Assembly: GCF_006345805.1 (NCBI RefSeq)
Contig: NC_042997.1
Span: forward strand, 9,176,001 to 9,240,000
Reading direction: 5' to 3'
DNA from: Octopus sinensis
Taxonomy: Eukaryota
DNA length: 64,000 nt
Positions 53,930 to 64,000 of this stretch are shown one piece after another. The position numbers were made by a program, and so were the translations under genes. The notes beneath the pieces were generated by a model that was not told where the DNA came from, ran no database searches, and was given only the letters and a program-made list of their open reading frames with translations. The number at the start of each line of letters is the position of its first letter. Within the stretch, counting starts at the first letter, position 1.

Positions 53930-54121
53930 CGTGCAGGTGGCATGTAAAAAACACCCACTACACTCGTGGAGTGGTTGGCGTTAGGAAGGGCATCCAGCCG
54001 TAGAAACACTGCCAGATCTGACTGGGCCTGACAAAGCCTTCCAGCTTCACACACCCCAGTTGACCCGTCCAACCCATGCTAGCATGGAAAGCGGACGCTA
54101 AATGATGATGATGATGATGAT
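53930..54121 (+). mobile_element. SINE-like family B
   Basis: GGCGTTAGGAAGGGCATCCAGCCGTAG...GGACGCTAAATGATGATG. Confidence 0.8.
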
Positions 54122-54486
54122 GTAAAAGTAAAAAAATATATACAAACTGGGACAAGAACGTGAAACACCTAGAAGACGACACAAGAAGCACAGGACGGGA
54201 CATTCGAAGCCCTCAATCATCAGTCAAGAACCGGATCATCTTCGCAATTTCGGCTGATTAATCTTGAGATTGTTCCGATCTGGGCAGCCCCGAAGGGAAA
54301 ATATCCCTACGTATCTCGTATCGGTTTTCCTTCCTCCACTCCACTCTGTATTTCATATCTTCTCTATAATAACTATTACTTAAACATTTTCTCGCACCGT
54401 CTCTGATGAAGGGATGTATAAAATATCCCAGAAACAGCTGTAAAACCTTCTCATGTTCTGAAAACTATTCACAGCCTTGGATTTGT

Positions 54487-54488
<2 letters not shown>
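54122..54488 (+). mobile_element. Probable non-autonomous PLE-derived repeat or terminal fragment
   Basis: CpG-rich non-coding block containing a minimal hammerhead and ending in (TATG)n; assignment inferred from the ribozyme motif. Confidence 0.45.
54399..54446 (+). ncRNA. Minimal hammerhead ribozyme motif
   Basis: GUCU-CUGAUGA-A-GGGAU..loop..AUCCC-A-GAAA-C(AGCU)G-UA-AAAC. Palindromic helix III and GUA triplet; one mismatch in stem I and an A.A pair at the base of stem II. Confidence 0.65.
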
Positions 54489-54520
<32 letters not shown>

Positions 54521-55108
54521 TGTATGTATGTATGTATGTATGTATGTATGTATGTATGTATGTATGTATGTATGTATGTATGCATGTATGCATGTATGAA
54601 TGTATGTGCGTGTGTGTATATATATAGTGAGAGTAAAAGAGAGTGTGAGAGACAAAAGAAACAAAAAATATATGACAGAGATAGAGGCATACATATGTAA
54701 ATACATTCATGGCTTCACATATACATACGTATATACATACATTCGTACTTAAATGTGTAATCTCTTGGCTTTGTTACTAAATGTAAACAAAATGAAATAC
54801 AGCCTCAAGATTTATTCAGGATGTTTAAAGATTATTAAAAAGTAAGAATAACTACATCAATATGTAAGGTATATATTAAAAGCAGGATTTTTCTTTTTTT
54901 ACTTTTAAGCTCTACCTTTTGGAGATCCACGTGTGTGTGTATGCATTTATGTTTAGCATAGGTAAAAAATTTCAAGTTTTAAAAATGAAAAGGAAGATCG
55001 TAGAAAGATAATGTATGTGTGTGTGTGTTTGTGTGTGTTGTGTGTGTATATATAAATATATATGCATGTGATTGTGTGTGTGTATTTATGTATATTTGTA
55101 TATATATG

Positions 55109-55139
<31 letters not shown>

Positions 55140-56004
55140 AAATATATGTGTGTGTATATATATATATATATGTATATATTATATATGTATATATATATAT
55201 GTATATATATGTATAAATATATATATATATATGTATATATATATGTATATATATGTATATATATATGTATATATATATATATACATATATATAGCATATA
55301 TTTAGCATGGGAAGCGGATGTTAAACGATGATAATGATGATGTATATGTCGGTGTATATATATGTGTGTGTGTGTGTGTAAATATATGTTTATATGTATG
55401 TATTTATACATATGCACCCATGCACACACACACATGTATAGATATATATATGTATATATATATGTTTTAAGTATCAACTGTAGACATTTTTCAGTCTGTG
55501 TAGTAAAAATCTACAGAAAATACAGTGCTTTTAAAAAATTGTAAATATATTCACCAAGTTCTAAAAATAAATTTCTGCTGCAGTATGTTTTAGCTAATCT
55601 ATTATTCAAAAACTGATATACAGAAGAATCATCATCATTATCATCATCATCATCACCACCACCACCACCATCATCATCATCATCGTCATCATAGTTTAAC
55701 ATCCATTCTTGCATGCTTTCTTGAGTCAGACAGAATTCATTGAAACATTCACCAGTAAGGTGATATTTACTCATGGCCTGACATATTTTCAAGAAAAATT
55801 GGAAATGAAGAACAATGTTTGTACAACAGAGACGTGCATCATAAACTATCAGGTGATGTTGGGACTAGGAGTCTAAAACACACACATACACACACATATA
55901 TACACATTATATATATATATATGTGTGTGTGTGTACATATATATATATGTAGAAAAAAAAGTATATCTATATATGTGTGTGTATATATATATATATTTTT
56001 TTTT

Positions 56005-56393
56005 CTTTTTCTTTTTATTTGTTTCAGTCATTTGACTGCGGCTATGCTGGAGCACCGCTTTTAGTCGAGCAAATCGACCCCAGAGCTTATTCTTTGTAAG
56101 CCTAGTACTTATCCTATCAGTCTCTTTTGCTGAACTGCTAAGTTACGGGGACGTGAACACACCAGCATCGGTTGTCAAGTGATGTTGTGGGGACAAACAC
56201 AGACAAACATATACACATATATATATATACATATACGACGGGCTTTTTCCTGTTTCCATCTACCAAATCCACTCACAAGGCTTTGGTCAGCCCAAGGCTA
56301 TAGTAGAAGACACTTGCCCAAGGTGCCACGCAGCAGGACTGAACCTGGCACCATGTGGTTGGTAAGCAAGCTACTTACCACACAGCCACTCCT
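56005..56393 (-). mobile_element. SINE family A, full length
   Basis: Both halves present. Confidence 0.85.
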
Positions 56394-56406
56394 ATGCATA
56401 TATATA

Positions 56407-56461
<55 letters not shown>

Positions 56462-56928
56462 ATATATATATATATATATATACATGTATATATATATAAA
56501 TGTATGTATGTATTCTTTTACTATTTTTCCTTTTTTCCTTTCACTTGTTTCAGTCACTTCACTGTGGCCATGCTGGAACGTCACCCTAAAGGGTTTTAGT
56601 GGAAGAAATAAACCTCAAGATTTATTCTTTGTAACCCTATGTAATGAAAAAATAGATTAACTCTATACAATTGTTTCATCATTAACAGATTGTGTAATTT
56701 TACTTACATAATCATTTTCGAATCCTCAGTAGAGTATATCAAAAATAGAATTTGCTGAACCGAATGCCAAAATCCATATGAAGCCGAGCAAAGGCGAACG
56801 GCACAGCCGATTATAATTGCAGTTACGTTCAAATATCCTCATTTTTGGCGCATTGAAAATACAGGATGTAAATACTACACCAGTAATTTACTGCCAGTTT
56901 GAGAACATATTAATTTATAATTAAAATC

Positions 56929-57226
56929 ACAATAAGGGTGAAAAAAATTAAATATTAATTAATAACATCAATTTAAAACACCAAGTTATTTTTCATTTGT
57001 CCTGCCCGCTTACATTCTTGGCGTGTTGAATTAATGCTTGAGAACAATTCTTTAGAGGTCGATTCCCTTTGCAGATCTATTTCTAGTGTTAGAGTGACCA
57101 CATGTGGTCTCTCTCTTCTTACTTGTATTAATAATTTTTACTGTATCCCAGTTTTTTTACGATAGGCCACTTGGTGTTGTAAATTGATGTTATTTATTAA
57201 TATTCAATTTTTTTCACCCTTATTGT
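56929..57226. repeat. 58-bp inverted repeat pair (fold-back or MITE-like)
   Basis: 56929-56986 versus reverse complement of 57169-57226, about 3 mismatches. Confidence 0.85.
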
Positions 57227-58092
57227 TGGGTTTTATAGTAAAGTGCTCAGAAGAGTAAGCTTTTTCTTAAGAATGAATACACAAAAGTATTGAAAGCATA
57301 TAAAAGAAGAGAAACAGTGAAGTGAATATTTTATGGAACAACCCCTTATTTAATATAGCAGTGATAAATAATATAGCTAGGAAATTTCTTAATTTAATGA
57401 ATTACTATTTTTCTGCTGTGGTATAAATATAGTTAGATATTCAATGGGAACTGGACTAATGTTAGTTATTCAGCTAGTAAGTATTTTGGTTTGTTATATT
57501 AGAGATTATAATGCTGCAAGGTTGAATGAAGAAGATAGTCAAACAACTAAACAACACTAATCATGCAACTTTATATTCATAAAAATTGCCCACTAGACAA
57601 TAACTGTTCAGTAAATTTGGTAGTGGACAGTGTTGGATTAAAATAAAACAACTGAGGTGGACCTTAAATATATATATTGGGACAATTGAATTCACATTCA
57701 AAAATTAATTTTATATGCACAGTGATCTGTTAGTTCTAATAAAAAAATATGCTGTCACTTTGCTGAAGTTTATATGTTTTTTTAAGTGAGATAAGTCTTA
57801 ACAAATCCAAAATTACCTGATCAGATGTTTATAAGGCACAACAATACTGGAATGGTAGTTTCAAATCAAATTGCTTTCACTTGAGTGAAAAATTAAGAAT
57901 TTTGTTTAAAAACAGTAGCAGTTTGAACAAAAGAAATGAATTATTAGCATCTTCTATGCATGGACATAAATATCTTTTGAGTGAGTAGCAGCCTCCTAAA
58001 CTTTCAACCTAGTTTGTAAAGTTTTTTAAAAAAACTGGTTTTGAAGTGTTTTCAAAAAATTTGTTCTTAAAATATTATTTAAATAACTATGC

Positions 58093-58535
58093 TATGCTTA
58101 CCTTGGATCGTAGGGCAACCAGCTGTGCTTGAGGAGACCTATTGAGTCAAGTACATCAACATCAAAATAAAAATCAAATGGAATTGTAGTTGTGATACCT
58201 GTGCCAGTGGCACATAAAAAGCACCATCGAAACGTGGCTGATGCCAGCACTGCCTTGACTGGCTTCTGTGCCAGTGGAACATAAAAAGCACCAACTGATC
58301 GTGGCCACTGCCAACCTCCCCTGGCACCTGTGCTGGTGACACATAAAAAACACCCACTACACTCATGGAGTGGTTGGTGTTATGAAGGGCATCCAGCTGT
58401 AGAAACACTACCAGATCAGACTGGATCCTGGTGCATCCTCCTGGCTTCCCAGAACCCGGTCGAACCGTTCAACCCATACTAGCATGGAAAACGGACGTTA
58501 AACGATGATGATGATGATGATGATGATAATGATGC
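58093..58535 (+). mobile_element. SINE-like family B, longest copy
   Basis: Extra 5' sequence ATGCTTACCTTGGATCGTAGGGC..., subrepeats, core and (ATG)n tail. Confidence 0.8.
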
Positions 58536-59046
58536 AGTTTCGTCAAAGAATATATATAAGATGATTGCCCTTATATGCAATTTTAAAACAATATGTCCTT
58601 TATGGCTATGCCCTCAATCCCTCTCTCAGATGAGTGGTCTTTGTCTTGCAGGTGCCAATGCAGCGTAAAATGCACTCATGCTGGTGCAATGTAAATTCAC
58701 CTGTGTCGGTGGCACATAAAAAGCACCCAACACATTTTGTAAAGTGGTCAGCATTAGGAAGATCATCTATCAATAGAAATCATGCCAAAAATAGACAATT
58801 GGAGCCTAATTAGCTCTCCACCTGGCCAGCTCCTGTCAAACTGTCCAACGTGTGCCTGCATGCAAAATGGATGTTAAACAATGATTATAACAATGATGAT
58901 AGTGATAATTTGAAAGAAAAAACGTTTGGGGTATTCCTCCAAAAACCAGAAATAAACTGCAAAAATATTAGTTTGAAACAGTCAATTTTACAAATATCAC
59001 TCTTTCTCTCTCTCTCTCAAAAAAAAAAGAAAGAAGGAAAGAAAAA

Positions 59047-59475
59047 CATATTGTGTCTGTACTCCAAATTCCACATACCCAACACTTGCAGCTGGTAAAC
59101 CAAATTTTTTTTCAAAATCATCAATGGACTTGATGGGTTGATAATGATAGTGACAACGCCAACGATGGTGATGATGATGATGACAACGATGACAACAATG
59201 ATAATGATGATGATGATGATGATGATGTTGATGATGATGATGATGATGGTAACAACGCCAGTGATGGTGATGATTATGATGATGTCAACGATGATGTCAA
59301 CGATGATGACAACGATGATGATAACAATGATGACAACGAGGATGATGATGATAAGAGTTCTGTTGATAGCTTTCATATTTTATGTAATAAAATTTTTAAG
59401 TAACAGATAGCTCAATTAAAAAAAAATTACCAGCTGCAAGAGTGAGTATGTGGATTTGGAATACAGCCACTTATG
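59047..59475. repeat. About 50-bp inverted repeat enclosing a (GAT/GAC)n tract
   Basis: CATATTGTGTCTGTACTCCAAATTCCACATACCCAACACTTGCAGCTGGTAA versus reverse complement of 59427-59475. Confidence 0.8.
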
Positions 59476-60203
59476 AGAATTGCAGTTACTTCACATTTAC
59501 TTTACAAAGTTCAGTAATTTGTCACTTATTGGTGAATCAATAGAAATTAAGTGAAATGCAAACATAAACACGTACATACATTATTGAGGCAACTGAAATT
59601 TCATTCAAACATCAATGCTAGAAGCATAAACAGTCACTTCTCAGCCCTGATAAAAAATGCTACAATTTTTGGTTTTGTCAAAATTTACATAGTTCTTACG
59701 TGAAACAGGTACTTATGAATTCAAAGTAACTTTTCTATTTTCAATAAAGTACAACTCTATAAGAATGGTAACTTCAAATCAAAAGTGTTGTTTGGCCTTT
59801 GAGCTCAAAAATAAGAAATTTCTTCCCTGGCTTGAACCAAACTACAGAATTGCTAGTATGTATACATGAAGCTAAACATCCTTTACAAGAGTACAAACCT
59901 ATTTGAAACTCCTTCAGGCAAGTTGTTTTTAAAAATATTTTAAACAGAGGAATGAAATTTCATAAAAGAAAAATTGTTTTTAAGAGACCTCTCTTGTGTG
60001 AGGTTGGATTCTGCATCCAATGATAAATAAGAAGCCTGAAGAAATTTAGATAAATTTTGTAATGCCACATGTCAAGGAGATGGAAAACCTGATTCTGAAA
60101 CTTATTGCTCTTTTGAAGCTTTTAAAACTACTGAAACAAGCATTTCTCAATAGTCTTTATATAATATTTAATAGTTATATTTTATAGTTATATAATATAT
60201 AAT

Positions 60204-60592
60204 AGGTGCAGGAGTGGCTGTGTGGTAAGTAGCTTGCTTACCAGCCACATGGTTCCGGGTTCAGTCCCACTGCGTGGCATCTTGGGCAAGTGTCTTCTAC
60301 TATAGCCTCGGGCCGACCAAAGCCTTGTGAGTGGATTTGGTAGACGGAAACTGAAAGAAGCCTGTCGTATATATGTATATATATATGTATGTGTTTGTGT
60401 GTCTGTGTTTGTCCCCCTAGCATTGCTTGACAACCGATGCTGGTGTGTTTACATCCCCTTCACTTAGCGGTTCAGCAAAAGAGACTGATAGAATAAGTAC
60501 TGGGCTTACAAAGAATAAGTCCCGGGGTCGATTTGCTCGACTAAAGGCGGTGCTCCAGCATGGCCACAGTCAAATGACTGAAACCAGTATAA
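60204..60592 (+). mobile_element. SINE family A, full length
   Basis: Head AGGTGCAGGAGTGGCTGTGTGGTAAGTAGC through GACTGAAACCAGTA. Confidence 0.88.
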
Positions 60593-60798
60593 AAAAAAAA
60601 ATATATAAAATATATTCAAATATCTACTTATTTCAGGAGCAACATACTCAGATGTCTCTTAAAGTAGTGATGTGAAACTCAGAGTACTGGAATTTTTCAG
60701 GCTATTTATCTAAAAGTTAATAAAGAATATTCTATCTTCATATATTGATTTTTGTTATTTATTGCTTCTTGATGAATGGATAGAAAATTTTCAAATTG

Positions 60799-60841
<43 letters not shown>

Positions 60842-63800
60842 TGCAAACATACACACAATAAACATGTGTGCCCACACACACAAAATGAAGAATATTAAAA
60901 AAGAAACATCTGCATTGGAGAAATTTATTTCTTTGAGTTTAAAAATATTTTAAATATTTTAAAAGATGTTTATTAAAACTATTCATTTGTATATTTTTAC
61001 CTGCGGTATGCTATGCTAAAAATTAATCTGTAATTGAATTTTAAATTGATGACTCATAAATTTCATTTAAAGCAACTTTTGCAAAGTTAAAGAAATATTA
61101 AATAAACACTATGGAAAATGCTACTGCTGCTATTACTACCACTCCTACTGCTACTAATGATGATGATGATGATGATGATAACAGCAGTATATAAAGCAAA
61201 GAAGGTTAAAAACTTTTACTACATCCTCCCCATCAAGTTGGCTCTAAGTTATTTCACTAATCTGGGTAGATGTACAAACTCTACACAAATCACTGTCATA
61301 CTGTATTGAATTTATTATGAGTGCTATGTGGCTGAAAAAACGTATTTATAAGTTCATGCTTTCATTTTCAATCCTACTTCACTGCATCTTGGGTAGTTTT
61401 CATTCACTCTGTCTTTAGTTTGACCAAAGAGTTGTCACTGAAATTTTGTATGTAGAGAGTGTGGAGAAACATTCTTGTTCTCTGGTAGCAGATTTAATCC
61501 ATTCAGTCTAGTACCTTCTTTCACTTGACCCTCAGGTATCTTTCATACAATTCACTTTGTTGCATGCCTCTGGGACAGGTCTTAAGTCAGAGTATAATGT
61601 CATCCCTTCCTTCCATCACCGTGAAAAGACCATGAAAAGTGTTATAAGCATTGTTCTTCCTGCTCTATATCAAGAACAGAACAAACTTTGAGTATATTAG
61701 AGAATGTATTGTTTCTTTATACTAAACAAAATGTATTATACAATACTCTAGAATGTTGGAAGTGTATATAATCCTTAAATACCACTGTACTTTTGCCTAT
61801 GTCCAAGGTGCTATACTTAATTTTAAAGAGTCCAGTTCTTCCAGCTGTTTAAAATAGAATTTGACCACAATATATAAAGGTAAAAAAGTAAGTACTTTAA
61901 AGTATTTAATCTAACATCATTCCAGACTGGCTACTGAGGAAGCATCTAAATGATGGCCCAGCCAGCTAGAAATAACAGCCAAATATTTCTTAACACTATC
62001 AAAAAGACTGGCTGGAGACAACTGAAACGTCTTTGGCTATACGTTTGCTAAATTAGCATTGACCTGGGGAGTAAGCAATAACTGCAACTAACTACTTTAG
62101 TGAAGCTAATTATATTTAGACATGGCATATCTAAGCATTTCCTGAAATACTTTGATAAAAGACAGTCTTGAATTCAATAATAACATTTGCAGATCTATAT
62201 CAGCCTAATAGAAAAAAGGGTCAATGAGGCATAAAGCAGAAGTTATTTTCAGAAAAGCAGGTGTAGCACAATTTTTAGTAAAGCAACATAATTTTAAAGA
62301 TGTGTCTTTTGAAAGGTTTCAATGGCTATCTTTAATCAAAAGATTTCTATTTTGCTATTAATATGTCTTTGAAAAATTCATGAAAATTTCTTGTTAAGCT
62401 GTGATGAAGTAGTTAAAAGGAGAAACTAGTAATCTTTTTCTTCAGATGTTGTGTGTTTGAATTATTGCAGGTGTTTCAAGGTAATTACATTTAGGACTCC
62501 ATATTCTATAACTTTATCTAGACGTGAGAAATACACATTTGTGTCATCCTGGAAAGGGACATTCAGTCCACTAGAATTCTATTACAATTGATATTTTCTT
62601 CTTATTTACTTGACTATATAAATAGGCTTGAGTACAACTCTGTGAAAACTGGCAATTTATAAAAGTATCAACTTATGTTGCTAATGTCTATGTAAAAAAG
62701 AAAAGAAAAACACTGAGGCTGCATAATCTCATTTGTGCTCTGTCTGTTTTCCATAATAAGGAATAACTTCTAGAATTTTTGTTTTTAGTTTGGTGATAAA
62801 ATGCATCAACTTTCACTTTGATGAACTATCTCTTCTAATTTTAACCAATCCATATAATTTGTCAACATTGTTGCTATATGTAGCATGGGTTGCTTAGGAC
62901 TGTAGTAGAATATGTTTTCCTTGTCATGAGCTTGTTTTTATCTATTATACAAGACTCAACAATTTGAGATCTGTCTTCAAAATTCTTTTTGTGACTTCCT
63001 TGTCATTCTTAGCATATCAACATATGTTTCTGCTCAGCCTTATATGTAAACTACTGTTTTACTCCTAGCAGACCATATTCAATTTATCCCTTGCAAATTT
63101 ATCTCACAGTAGGTCTCATCCATGCTTTATTACCAAATAGCATTGTGCTCCTTATACAAATTCATATACTCACTTTTTGTACTGAGAGAAAATGTTGCAG
63201 CTGATCTAAATACTTTGCGAATTTATAACTTGGCTTTTTCAAAAACAGGATGTTCTTGAAAAATAGAATGTAAATAATAAAGAACTGGTTGGTGTTGATG
63301 TAAGATTTGATCATAAACATAAAAATTACTTACATAACCATAAACCAATCTATTTTCTTTGACAGACCTCATAATTAACTTCAGAAAATTTTGTCTTATA
63401 CAGAAATAAAGGAAAAACTTTTGTTAAAATGTTTTCAAATTAGTGACTGGATTAGTTTTCAATGTGAAAAGACATATTTTGAATACTGTCATTTGTCAAT
63501 ATGAATCAAGTGAATAAAGATTGCTTATGAACAATTCAAACATCAGTCTGAAAAATGTCTTCTTTTAGAGAAGAGAATAAATTTTCATCAATGCAATTTT
63601 CATCAATTTCTATTTGTTATTGTGTATGTCTATTAAAAGTTATTAAAATATCAAAATATCAGTTATTTCTTTTTATTCTTGTTGAGAAACTATAAAAATA
63701 ATAATGATTAAATTCAAATACATAATCAGCAAGTTTTGGTTATTATGTGATATTTTAAAGTACTGTGTTTATTGTTGTGTAATTACCTTGTCACATGTTT

Positions 63801-64000
63801 ATTGTTATGTAACCAGCTTGTCAGGAAGACACCTTGTCACAATTTTGGCTATAAATTTTTGTGTAGCAGTTAAGCAATCCAGGAGCACTAGGTAAGATAG
63901 AAATGACTAATAAGAAAAGAATTTAAGTAAGCCGAGAAATAGCCAAATTAAGCTTTTAACTTATTCAAATAAAATCTTATTACTGCCATTTTATATATAA

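Noticed and set aside
54195-54255. Minus-strand GAAA...CTGATGA type II hammerhead candidate
   Set aside because: Flanking helices could not be paired convincingly.
63810-63895. Possible exon on either strand
   Set aside because: The same palindromic splice-like signal supports both orientations; no way to discriminate.

Overview
AT-rich, repeat-dense eukaryotic DNA, most likely intronic or intergenic. The SINE types and microsatellite load suggest a coleoid cephalopod, probably Octopus; this is an inference and no search was run. No host gene could be identified, only a few weak candidate exons. Clearest contents: (1) a near full-length, frameshifted Penelope-like retroelement (RT + GIY-YIG) on the minus strand at about 46.8-51.0 kb, with a hammerhead-ribozyme-like motif in its 3' UTR; (2) a defective Helitron (PIF1 helicase only) back-to-back with it at about 51.2-53.7 kb; (3) a second minimal hammerhead motif at 54.4 kb; (4) a near-identical 1,054-bp tandem duplication at 15.1-17.3 kb; (5) an internally deleted mariner, R4/Dong-like and RTE LINE fragments, several MITE families, a Helentron-type non-autonomous element and dozens of SINEs. 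Most listed ORFs are microsatellite or repeat artefacts. Repeat boundaries were set by eye and are approximate unless TSDs are given.
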